This document shows positions 1-11,169 of a stretch of DNA of 64,000 nt, one piece after another (the first letter of the stretch is position 1; the number at the start of each line of letters is the position of its first letter). The translations under genes were made by a program, and so were the position numbers. This DNA comes from Podarcis cretensis (lineage: Eukaryota). Where the stretch lies: assembly GCA_951804945.1 (NCBI GenBank), contig OX638156.1:40238001-40302000 (forward strand). The letters are read 5' to 3'. The notes beneath the pieces are model-generated. The model searched no databases, was not told where the DNA came from, and was given only the letters and a program-made list of their open reading frames with translations.

Positions 1-20
1 CATCTCAACTGGATTTCTAC

Positions 21-140
21 CTTCATAGGCTGAGCTAGGATTCCTGTGGGTTGGGTTGAGTCATTGGTTGGTAAGAAACCAGGAACATTGCGTGCAAATT
101 CTTCATAAACAGCTAGCTGCTTTGGGTCCACTCCACCAAC
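21..140 (-). CDS. CNOT1: CNOT1 coding exon 34
   Basis: AG/GT-bounded 120 nt, [40 protein letters not shown]; gene continues beyond window start. Confidence 0.95.
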
Positions 141-242
141 CTTAAAAGAAAGTAGGAAAATTTGGATAAATAGAAGATTCCAACAAGGCCTCCCCACTGA
201 TATTGTGGCATTGATCATAATTTTAATTCTCTTATTTTGCAC

Positions 243-347
243 CTTCAACCTGATCTGTTCTGGCATCCGTTCAGCCTGGTAAGTCAATACTACAGGATCA
301 CAGTACCTACGACCCTCTTGCCTGGCATGTTTTCTGAGCTCAAATTC
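243..347 (-). CDS. CNOT1: CNOT1 coding exon 33
   Basis: 105 nt, [35 protein letters not shown], canonical splice sites. Confidence 0.95.
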
Positions 348-429
348 CTGGAAAAAAAGAAGAAAAAAAGATGAATGACTTGGTAATCACATGATTTAAC
401 TTTTAACTGAAACTCTGCAACATACTTAC

Positions 430-570
430 AGTGGCCAGCCTCTTGTCCATTTCAGGGCCTGCTTTTTCTACAGCTGTCTTCTGAATGAAACAGCATGCCA
501 ACTCACAGTTATCTTGGGCTAACTGTGCTGCTGCCTGCTCCATCATCTCCCTCTGCTGTGGTGAGGCTGC
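430..570 (-). CDS. CNOT1: CNOT1 coding exon 32
   Basis: 141 nt, [47 protein letters not shown]. Confidence 0.95.
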
Positions 571-2142
571 CTATTTTAAAAAGCAAGCCATTAAAAAAGG
601 ACTATGCCCACAAAGAGCAAATACTCATAAGGTCAGTTACAGATGTTCATAAATATGGCATCGCTTTGTATGGAGTTAGCATAAAGTAAACCATCAAGCA
701 AATTACATGCTTCATTCAAAATCTACATATAAACAAAAGGGAAAAAATCTGCCAAATAATTAGCATGTGCCCCACATTACATACTTCTAGTGCAATTCTA
801 TTTATGTGCTTTTTTCTGAAATAAGTTCCAGGCATAGGACTGAACTCACTTATCATAGGTGCCCTCTAAATGAAGTAATGGGATATTTTCCCTCATTAGT
901 ATACACAAATGCAAAAACCAATGTACTGGAACTAATGGCTTTACTAAACCACAGCAAAAAATCTTTAGTAAAAGATCCTTCAGTAACAGGCTGCCCTTAT
1001 TTCTTCTCGTTTCTTCTACAAATCAAGAAAAATTATCTTGATTAATGCTGTCTGACAAATCAACAGAATTCTTATCTGCTAATGGCAAGACTCTTGTAAA
1101 GCCATTACTCATACCATTCCTTAGTGCTGCAAGGTTTTATTCAGCGTCAATATCAAAACGGGCATTCTCATGCCTGTTATAATGCCAAGAAAAGTGAACA
1201 TAAGAAGATTCACTCCACGAAGAACTAGCGCAGTTACAGCTGCAAGGCTGTGTGTGTTTGTTGTAAACTTCACTTGCTTCCATAGCCTTTATTTGCAAGT
1301 TGTTGCTGCATCAACCATGGGCCACATAGCAAGTGTTCAGAAAGTCAGGCAGAATTGTTTCACAGATGAACTAAAGCAAATGCTAAAGTCTACTTATTGG
1401 CCACAAGTCTAAACTACAGTTTAACAAAATGTGAATGAGCCTGCTAGCCATGCCCTTGTCCCATCACTCCTCCTCTCCTCTTGCATGGCTGAAAAGAAGT
1501 GCAAAAGTTTTCACTTTCTTTTTTAGTTGATCACAGGTTCCTGCTTCATCTGAACCTGGAATTGTGGTTTAACACTAACGATGGTTAGTTTAATAACAAG
1601 CCAGCTGCGAAAACAATATCCACTGACAATATCCCTATCCACTGTTATTTTATAGAACAATGGATCCCCCCCCCCCCCGGAAAATACAGCAGAAGTTCTC
1701 CACAGCATGTCACTGAAAAAGCAAAGGGAAAGAACAACGAAGAGGACAACTTGAGACTGGATTTAACAATGGGTTATTAACTTCAATCAATGGAAAATGG
1801 TAACAGATGAGACGTGGTCTTCAGAAATCTTCAACGCACAATTCATAGCTCAGGATGCAAACAACAGCTGCTGAGTGGAGGCAATAATTATCAGGACTGC
1901 AGAAGGCAGAAGGTGCGCGCGCGAATCCTTTCCTTCACCTCACTTCAAATCTAGTTCGGTCCGCATTCTCATCACCTTTCTATACTATGGAATCTGAGCA
2001 GGGCATTAAGATACATCATGAAACTAACTCCTGCCTGCAGAGAAACAGAGTACTGCCAAATCTTGCTAGAATGTAATGCCACAAAACATGGGTTTAACTT
2101 ATTCTGCTTCAAAAAAAAGTCTCTTATAAACTGCAAACATAC

Positions 2143-2439
2143 CCGCAATGCAGTGGCAAAGCTGTTCTTCAGGTTGGTAGCTATGCTCATCAACAAAGGC
2201 TCCCTACAGGTGATCATAGCCATACCAGCAGTCAAATTCCTCATCATGTGATGTGCTGCTACACGCATGCGTGACTCTTCTGAATCTAGTGCAAAATCCT
2301 TCCTCACTATCTGCTCACACGTAGTCATGGCAATTTTAATGGACCGATCCACCACAGGATGTACAAGTTCTTGGACTGCACGCTCTATGGCTTGGCGCAC
2401 ACACTGCTTCAACTGTGGATGGGCCTGGAACAATGGAAT
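2143..2439 (-). CDS. CNOT1: CNOT1 coding exon 31 (DUF3819 / CNOT9-binding region)
   Basis: 297 nt, [49 protein letters not shown]...ATALR. Confidence 0.96.
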
Positions 2440-2564
2440 CTGAGAAGGCAAAACAACCAAGAGTCAATGTCAACTTTTTATACACCATTGAAAGAAAGCA
2501 TAAAATTATCCCTTCCAACCTAAAGGTGGAAGTCTTCTCAAAGTGACCAGGTCTAAAAGCTTAC

Positions 2565-2695
2565 CGTTGGATTGAGTGTAATGTGTGGAGCTAGCCCTCC
2601 CAGGGAGTAAACATTGATGTCATGGTAACTGTACTGTGGTTGTGGGGGAACAGTAGCTGTGCAAGTGGTGCTGGTAGCTGGTGTTGTAGAAGCAG
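2565..2695 (-). CDS. CNOT1: CNOT1 coding exon 30
   Basis: 131 nt, [43 protein letters not shown]. Confidence 0.94.
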
Positions 2696-3171
2696 CTGAG
2701 AAAATACAAGAGCAAAAAGGAGAAAAGTTTTCAGAGTATGTCCTAACATAGATTCAATACTACAAACTTGTTTTATAGGAAACAAAAGAATTTTGGCAAC
2801 CAATATGACAGTGTTTGCTCAGGTCTAAAGTCATGCTGATAAGTCCAACAACGCTATTATCTTTGATATCAGAGATGTCACTTGAAAAGCAATCTGGAAT
2901 TAGGTGAACTGCTCAGGTAGAATGAGTACTAGAATTTACTGTAATATTCCTATTACCAGGGCGTGGGAGGGTATCTTGTGAAACGTTACTCTACCCAGGC
3001 CTAAACTGAATTCCCTGTATCCAGGTTTGCTAAAACAGTTGTAGTGGTAATAATATTAAGAGTAAGAGAGAACAGATAATAGAAAGAAGATTCCTTACTA
3101 ACTGCCCTGTGAGGTGCAGGCTATATTTGTATGATACAAGGATGACTGTATGAATCATCCTTGACACTTAC

Positions 3172-3349
3172 TAGTGGTCGTAATTGGTGGAAGCTCTTCT
3201 GGTTGTTTTACATCTTTCTTTGGAGCAGACAGCTGTTCATCCAAACTTTTCAATCGATCTTTGTCTTTTAGGAGGTTCCCAGGTTTCAGTTCACTGATGT
3301 CAAGGGCAAGGTTCTTGCAGAGCACTTCAATTTCAAACTTCAGATTCAG
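3172..3349 (-). CDS. CNOT1: CNOT1 coding exon 29
   Basis: 178 nt, [34 protein letters not shown]... Confidence 0.95.
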
Positions 3350-3631
3350 CTGCACAATATTTAATGATTTCAGGTTTAATAATGTAATTATTAGTTATGT
3401 ATACCTGCTATATAAATCTTAAGAAGTTCCGAAGAGCTACATGCTTCAAGGCAAATATTTTGAATGAGGTGAAAACCATTGGAACATGTGTAATTTTCTG
3501 GAAAAAGTCTATTCTCATTAAACTGGCTACAGCTCACTAGCTAAGCTCAAATCTTCAAACAGATGCATTGTAACAAGTTGTTCAAAAACAAAGCAATGCG
3601 GAGGAGCTCAAAGCAGCAAACTGAAACTTAC

Positions 3632-3709
3632 TTTTAAGTCATGTTCCTGGTGCAGCTCTGCTAGTACATTCATAATAGCCATGGTCCAAGGATTTGGAGG
3701 CCGGAAAAC
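3632..3709 (-). CDS. CNOT1: CNOT1 coding exon 28
   Basis: 78 nt, [26 protein letters not shown]. Confidence 0.95.
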
Positions 3710-4175
3710 CTACAAAAAGAGTGGAATGATAACGTTAACAGTCCTGTTTCAAAAAGGGGGCTAGAACATCATTTAAATGGTGTTAGCAAAACAATGGAAA
3801 CACGAGGCTGTAAACTTTAAGCCAAGGAGGAGAACCCAGTGGCCTCCAGATGCCGATGGCTGCCAGCTATCATCAACACTTACCACAGGGTCCCACCTCT
3901 GCTTTGAACTAACACACATGACACAAAATATATGCAAGAGTCTGGAAGTGTCATCACCTCTGTCCACCTACTTCCCTGCCCATGCCTGCCAGTCAAGAAG
4001 TAGCAAAAACAAAAACCCCTGTCCCCAGTACTAAACTAAGATTCATCTGAAAGTCCAGTTGTTTTCTCTATATTCAATGGGAGGAGCACTGTCCTGTGCG
4101 TTGGCTTAGGCTGCCAAGGGTCTTGGACTAATCCCATCTACTTGTTTGTCACAGGACACTGTACATCATACTTAC

Positions 4176-4286
4176 CACACTTCTCACACTGGATTCCAAA
4201 ACTTTGGCAACAAATGGCACGACATACAGAAGTTCTTGCTGTCCCTTAACATAAGCCTCCAGCAGTAAGGATTTCACATCCAAGTC
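4176..4286 (-). CDS. CNOT1: CNOT1 coding exon 27
   Basis: 111 nt, [37 protein letters not shown]. Confidence 0.95.
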
Positions 4287-4485
4287 CTAAAATAAAAGGA
4301 GTATAAATTAAACCCAGCAATGGGCAGTCTCATACCCACAAATCAGATTCCTTTCTTTTGTAAATTTTCTACATAGCTTTCCCCCCTAATTATAAAAAGG
4401 CACCAAAAATTGAGCTGATTTAAGCATGCACTGAAGTTTCTAGCCTTAAAGCCAGTTTATGTTTTTCTCCTCCACCCAGTCTCAC

Positions 4486-4602
4486 CGTGTGCAAGATGGG
4501 TTTGTTTTTAGCCAGTGTGATCATCCCCAGCCAGTGACCCAGGTTCTTCAGCAAGGACCGGTCTGAAAAGTTGGCAGCAGCTTTATCTGATGTGAGTAGC
4601 AC
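4486..4602 (-). CDS. CNOT1: CNOT1 coding exon 26 (MIF4G / CAF1-binding domain)
   Basis: 117 nt, [39 protein letters not shown]. Confidence 0.96.
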
Positions 4603-5236
4603 CTGAAGGATTTTTATTCCAGAGAGATGAAATCTTAGTTAACAGGAAACTATGGTAAATCCATGAAAGTGTATTAACCATCTTCTTGTAGAATTAGACT
4701 AATGTTATTTCAAACAACAAACAACAAATTTTAATTGGTCAACCAAATACAGCCTACAGCTATAAAGCAGAAAAAGAAAAGGAGAGAAGTAAATAAACAA
4801 TCTCAGAAATATATTAAAACATATGTGATAAAATGCTTATAATATAGCCTGTGTATGTCATTATTAAACTAGTTTATAGACTGCTTCAAGGCATAAAGTC
4901 ATCAAAGCAGTACACAAGGTAAAAACAGAATAAAACAAAACATGAGCTCTAAAAGCAGAAAAATCAATTTAACCAACTGAAAACAGCAAAATGATGTGGC
5001 GTACTTTACTCTCTGTGATCTTGCTCAGGAGATCACTTCTCCTAGAAAGGCAAACTACTTATTTGGGAGTCAATTGTTTGGGTCCCTGAAGGACAACAGG
5101 AAACAATGCTCTGGGGCCCATCTGTAGCACAGAAACAGTAATCAAGGTAGTCCACCAACACATTACTTTGGTGATCAAGTTCAATTAGTTTTCAAAATAG
5201 CAGCATCTAGCTCTGTTCATTGTTTTATTGCAGCAG

Positions 5237-5238
<2 letters not shown>

Positions 5239-5280
<42 letters not shown>
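5239..5280. repeat. (GCA)14 trinucleotide microsatellite
   Basis: Pure run seen directly; reads CUG on the CNOT1 pre-mRNA. Confidence 0.95.
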
Positions 5281-5282
<2 letters not shown>

Positions 5283-5416
5283 ATCTTATGAAGGTGGTGG
5301 TATAAATGGGAGAAAGTATTTTTTATTTTAGTTTTTTGCTTTGCAGTGCCTCCCTGAAAGCAAATATTTTTCAGTTAACATTCATGTCACAAAAAAGAGC
5401 AACTGGGAACACTCAC

Positions 5417-5596
5417 CTTGATATTTCTGTAGGTTTCGTTGAGAACCATTTTGTTGAATTCTGGATTCTTAAGTGTGTCAAGGAAATTTGAATAAAGGCT
5501 GTGGAAGTTTGGCTCAATACTAACTCTCTTCATCACAAGGTACTGTGAAACCCAAGGCATGAACTCCTCTTTCACTGTTTCTTTCAGTTCCTCAAC
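5417..5596 (-). CDS. CNOT1: CNOT1 coding exon 25
   Basis: 180 nt, [60 protein letters not shown]. Confidence 0.96.
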
Positions 5597-5910
5597 CTGG
5601 CTCCATAAACGTGTTAAAGGGAAATGGATCAATGAAACATAATGTTCGTGACACTCACAGGCATTCGTTCCAGTGAAAATATTCAGTTACCAAAACTTGC
5701 AACCTAACTAGCACCACACCACTAATTGATTTGCTTACTTCAATTAACCATTTATTTCCTACTGTAAAGCAATTTATTTCTTCCTCTCCTGCTAACTCAT
5801 CATGAACAATGCTGTGTGGACTCTGAGCTAGAAATATTATCAGCCAAGAAAACCAGAGATCTCTAGAAATCATGCAAATAAAATAGATTTGCATAATACT
5901 ACTTCTCTTG

Positions 5911-6003
5911 ATTAATAATAATGATTTTATTATTTATATCCTACCCATCTGGCTGGGTTTTCCCAGCAACTCTGGGTGGCTTACAGCATATATTAAAACA
6001 TTG
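5911..6003 (-). mobile_element. Short 5'-truncated L2 3' tail
   Basis: cccatctggctggg..cccagc.actctggg.ggct matches the 3' end of the L2 at 22680-22735; AAT-rich tail. Confidence 0.75.
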
Positions 6004-6566
6004 TAAAGTGTGCCAAAGCGTTATTTTGCTAGGCTTCTACCACGGTTTGGAAGCCATAAATGAAAAGAAACTTATATCAAGTAAAATATGATTAAGGTAA
6101 GCCGAGTCTGGCACCCAACATCACTTTTTATGTTCAATTAGAAATATGGAGAGCCAATTATGCAATACAGAGACCCGATCGAATAAATGTGTACGCAATG
6201 CCTTTTTTTCCATTAAGTAGTATCAGTTGCAGATGATAAAATGTCCCTGCAGAAATCTGGCAGCAGATAAGGTTTAAAGTTTTTGACCTTTTGGTAGGCA
6301 AATCTGATCACATTTTCCCAATATATGAGCAGCTAAAGGACTACCAAAGGCACAAAAGACTATCCCAAAATTATTTTAGATTTTACTTATTATATGTTAA
6401 TTCGTTATATTTATTTGATGTTTACAATTCTAAAATTTTGGAAGGCTGCTAAATAAAAGAACCTTTGGCATGCATACATAGGCATAATTCTAGTTAGTTC
6501 TCTACATGTATAAGAATCACTCAAGGAACATAAATTATCAGGACTAAAATGTTGTGCGACACTTGC

Positions 6567-6707
6567 CTTCTGAGTCATGTTGGATTGCGACAGGTTGTTG
6601 AAGATAAAAGCAATCTTTTCCTGCACGTTTTCAGGGGGTTCAACAATTCTCTCTGTTTGATCTGTGGCTACTAACAGGGTGTCAATGTTGGTTGTATTAA
6701 TAGAAGG
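6567..6707 (-). CDS. CNOT1: CNOT1 coding exon 24 (GC donor)
   Basis: 141 nt, [47 protein letters not shown]; donor AAG|gcaagt. Confidence 0.93.
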
Positions 6708-7387
6708 CTGCAGAACAAGAAAAATGATTTGAGGAAGTGAGTTGATTCAGTTAATGATACAACAGACCATCATGGACTTATGCTATAGCATAAACAATAT
6801 TTCACAATTCAGTTACAAAAGGGAGACAACAGTTATACATGCAAAAAGGAGTGTACATTTAGTTTATGTGTTAGTGAATGATAGGAGTTAACTTAAGCTT
6901 GGGAATCTATAAGACACGAGGAGTAAGATTTTTGCTCACATGGGCAACTGAATAGTGAAAGGAAAAAATGACTTCATTAAACAAAGTGGAAATTCATGGT
7001 ACAAGAAACAACAGCCAGAAACGGAAACCCAGCAGGATTCCTTAGTTGAAACCGGCCCACTGAAAACAGTTTGGAAGAACTAAGAGTGAGAATAGAAAGC
7101 AGGAGAAGCAGCTAACGTCAACACAGGGAAGGAAACAACTGCTTGATATTTAATAGCAAAACGACAGAAAAAACAAAAATGGCCAGGTAATTATCCAGAC
7201 TTGGCATACAAGAAAAACAAATCCTTTTTATTAGAGTGTAACTGTGGTTACAGTATCAGAGGTTTTGCATGTGATATGTGTATGCTATGAACATTAGATG
7301 GGGTTTATCTTCCTTGTTTTACTCCTAAGAACTGATGCATGCGTAATCTCATTCTACTTCCTCCCGTAAAATGGCTCATGTACTTAC

Positions 7388-7618
7388 TGGCACATCCTTC
7401 TTGAAGCTGACTCGACCCACTGGAGTGATTGTAGTCTTTGCCACAGTAGTAGTGGTAGTAGAGGTGGTGACTATAGTGCTAACTTGACCAGCAAGAGGAG
7501 TTTTTGCCGGAACCTGAGCCTGGGCCTGGGCCTGGGCAAGTGCAATACTTCCAGGGGTGGTGATTGACCCCTGCATCTTCACAGGAGGATCTCTAGACTG
7601 CTGTCCATATTCAATGTA
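7388..7618 (-). CDS. CNOT1: CNOT1 coding exon 23
   Basis: 231 nt, [37 protein letters not shown]...SFKKDVP. Confidence 0.95.
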
Positions 7619-8719
7619 CTATAAGAGACAAGAAGTATATAGCTCTTAAAAATCACATTCAACCACAGGTATGTAACAAATCTTACAACTGCCTTCTAGA
7701 ACTACTCCCCAAACTCTTGGCCTTGAAGTTTGTGGCACAAATGAAACTCCATAAATGGCCTGAAATCAGCAACAAAAGACATTTTACATATTTTAGAAGT
7801 TTCCTTTTTGTCTTGGATCAATTAGCAATTCCAATGTTAACCCTGAATTTTCCACTCCATCCTCTTTCTTCCATTCTGTAGGAGCAGAAGTAGCAGGAAC
7901 TAGATCCAAGATGTGCCCTGCTTCTGCAAGGGAAGGTAAGCCTTCCTTGCAGACTTCAATGAGAGCAAAAAGTAGTAAACACTGAAGTAATCCAGGGATA
8001 GAAATATTCCAAATCCTACAGTCTAGATAAGGACAACAAATTTCCTGCAACCACTGATGAAGCCCATTTCCACAGATGACACACGATGTTACAACTAAGA
8101 GACTAATGCTGTCATTTCTGAAGCAAAGGTGTAAGAACTACAATTGCTAAGACTTTCAGTGTTATTAATCACATTTAAATATTCAATACTGCATATAAAA
8201 TATAGAAATCCCCACTGATTGGTGTGTTACTAACGTAGAGATCCTAAACCAACATTGCTTTTAGTGTTTGGACTACAGCCTTTGGATCAGACCTTCAGAA
8301 TCCTAATTCCACTGTCCCTGGTTTTGTTTGCTTTCAGAAGGTCTGGGCAGACAGACTGCTGTGCCTAGCGGTATGGATTTATTTGCTAGGAAAGACCATG
8401 CACAACCCAACCATATAAGAAGCTGCTTGGCAAGGATTAAAGTAATTGTCAAATGAACACTTCCAGTGGCAAAGGGCTACAGGTCTCCTTGAAAGGAGGT
8501 TTACAGAAAAGCGGACATGCATTAAGATTAACCTGTTTCTCTCCTCTCAGATGCATGGGCTACTCACACTCAAGTTTTCCAGATCCTTTTGAACCTTCTA
8601 CTGAATCGACCCTGAAGCATGAAACTAATGGAACGCTGAGGTTTTTCAATATGCAAATACACCTAACTCAATTCAGATGTCCTCCCCCACCCCTCACTGT
8701 CCATGCCTTTAACACTCAC

Positions 8720-8798
8720 CTCCTGCAGGTGATGAGGGAACTGTATAAAGTGACTAATAGAAGCCAAGTGCTGACAATACTGGGGATAGTCCTTCAAT
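8720..8798 (-). CDS. CNOT1: CNOT1 coding exon 22
   Basis: 79 nt, [26 protein letters not shown]. Confidence 0.94.
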
Positions 8799-8994
8799 CT
8801 GTCAACAGTAAAACTATCCATTAGTAGGAGAAAACAAATGGCCTGATCAATACATTAATGGTTAAATCTTTGGCTTAACTGATATTGGATCTGCAGTAAA
8901 GATTTCTGGTTCTACCAGATGCAAGCTAGTTAGCAAAAGTATGAATGCTATTGATGTAGCCAGTGATTCCAACTATATGCTGCCAAGGCATAGG

Positions 8995-9230
8995 CACAAG
9001 AAGAGCCTGCTGAATTAGGACAAAGGCCCATCTAGTCAAGAACTCTTGTTTTCATAGTGACCATCTAGATGCCCATGGGAAGCTCACAAGCAGTACCTGA
9101 GCACAACAGCACTCACTCCACATGCAGTTCCCAGCAACTTGTATTCAGAGGCACACTGTCTCCAAAAATGGAGGCAGAACATAGCCATTGTGGTACCTAG
9201 GAGCTATTGGTGGCTTTCTCCTCCAAGAAT
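8995..9230 (-). mobile_element. CR1-type LINE 3' end fragment
   Basis: aagaagagcctgctg...ggcccatctagtc.ag motif typical of squamate CR1 3' UTR; related copy at 55917-56100. Confidence 0.6.
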
Positions 9231-10882
9231 ACTGTATATTGCAAAGGGGCCAACCTACCAAACAGTAAGACTTAGATCCGCATTTATGGGCCACCCCTAC
9301 AGATTGGGTTTTTAGAAAAGGGTAGCTAATAGCACAATCAATTTGTCAATATAGCTCTCATAGTTCCCAATAACATCTTTGGAAGAACCACAGCAGTCTT
9401 CTCAAGGGACATATGGCAGACATATGCCTCTTTACTAAATACACAGCTTGTTGTTGCTCCCCTCTAACCCCCTCTAGAACTCCCTACCCTGTTGGCCCTC
9501 TTTCTTCTGCAGCTCTCCCTGCAACATTCTAAATGCAGAAACAGTTTTTAATGCAGAACATTCTGCAATTTAAGGCTAATATAGGTACAGAATCCAATTT
9601 GCAAAATTCAGCCATAAAAATGTTTTGATAACTAAATAAGTCAAGAAATCTCAGTCTTGAAGGCTAACTTCAATTTCAGAACTATGTTTGTTAGAACACC
9701 TGTCTGCTTAGATATACTTTAAAGATAGGAATCCTTATGCTCTCTCATTTTATCAGCTAGATAGCTGTAAAACTATGACAGCTTTTTGAATGAAAATTTC
9801 TACTGAACAAGAAACCAATTCAATATACAGCACTGAAAGGAAGAACATTACAGAGCAATAATGGATAAAAATTACAAAGTCTCTCAGTAGGGATATTAAA
9901 CAAAACCCAAGTTGCACTGATGTTCCAAAGATGTACTAAAGTTCTGCGAATCTCAAGCTTTCATTAAAAACTTGTAGCAGTTATGATTTCAGAAATTATC
10001 CTGAACATGACAAGTTTTCCCACAGGGGTATGAAGCTATGTATCTTGCTCCAAAGATGAAGGAGATAAGGAACAATATGCAAACTGTCTGAAAAAGATAG
10101 AAGGGTGCAGAATCACAGAGTGCTTGCCACAGGATTCACAGGGGTGGCATGGAGGAGTACACAGAGGTAGTGTGAAAGGAAGAGGAGAGGAAACTGACTA
10201 CTGGGATGTGGAATGGTCACACTGCTGTGGAGAGAGGAGAAATGGACTCAGACTGGTTTCTACTGTGCAACAAAGAAGTAGCTACTTACCAGCACTTTTG
10301 ACATGTTGGCATCTGGTAAGTGAGGCCCCCACTAGTTGTTTCTAGAGGGCCATGAATACTGCCTTGCAAAATGGATGAAAGTTAAGCTTTCCATTGTAAC
10401 GAATCTTGGGAGAGTGACCTTGCATGACCCAGACGTATAAAGTACAATCCAGTCAAAAGTTATTTCAGTGGGAAAGAGGCTCCTCCCATTTATACCAATG
10501 AGACAAAAATGGGCTCGACTTTAGCTGGATTGCTCCTAGTCTTTGTAAGTCTACAAGGCAGCTTCACTTCCAGTAACACTGATTTGCTTTCTCCTTTTTC
10601 CCCCAATAGCAATATTAATATATATGCCACCTGATACTTTCAGAGCCATTTTAAGGCAATTTCTATTCAGATTCAGACTATAAGTAATTTACTTCCTTTT
10701 CATTTATTTTAAAATCTGCATTCCCGAAGGTTCTATTTAATTTATGCCTCTACTGTGAGACACGTTCAATAACTGCAATATACTGTCAACCTTGTATTGG
10801 AAAGCTAAATATATTGCTGAAGTAGGCATATAGTTATGAGATTCCCCCATGCAGTTTGGAAATATTATAAAAACACACTCAC

Positions 10883-11169
10883 CTATTTTTAAATCTATCT
10901 AGTGCAGCAATACCAAAATAGTACATTTTGGATGTAAAAGGCTTTCGTAAGGCTTCAAGAACATAGCGCAAGGCCAGGCCCAGCGCCATATATGTAACCA
11001 GTCCTTTCTCTATTATCCCACCAAAGAGGCAGGCTGTTATGTGCAGCTCTTTATCGGGGTACTGGGGGAAAAACCGATATTCCTCAAACAAGTTCCTCAG
11101 CATACAGTTAAATACTTCGCGTTCTCGTTTAATGTTGGAGTCCTTAAACCTCTGTAGCATTTCTAACAC
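10883..11169 (-). CDS. CNOT1: CNOT1 coding exon 21 (TTP-binding HEAT domain)
   Basis: 287 nt, [53 protein letters not shown]... Confidence 0.97.

Noticed and set aside
801-915. Hairpin loosely resembling the SNORA46 5' apex, followed by an ACA
   Set aside because: Guide sequences and H box not recognisable; similarity too short
5598-5630. U12-type branch-point-like TTTCCCTTTAAC
   Set aside because: The matching donor is GCAAGT (U2-type GC-AG), not RTATCCTT
5683-5803. C box ATGATGA and D box CTGA 86 nt from the 3' splice site
   Set aside because: No terminal stem, no clear C'/D' boxes, no rRNA complementarity found
8221-8405. Three adjacent hairpins in CNOT1 intron 22
   Set aside because: No H box in register; pattern fits decayed palindromic MITEs, which are abundant here
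10716-10854. Long nested hairpin near the exon 21 donor
   Set aside because: Single imperfect hairpin without snoRNA boxes or pre-miRNA geometry
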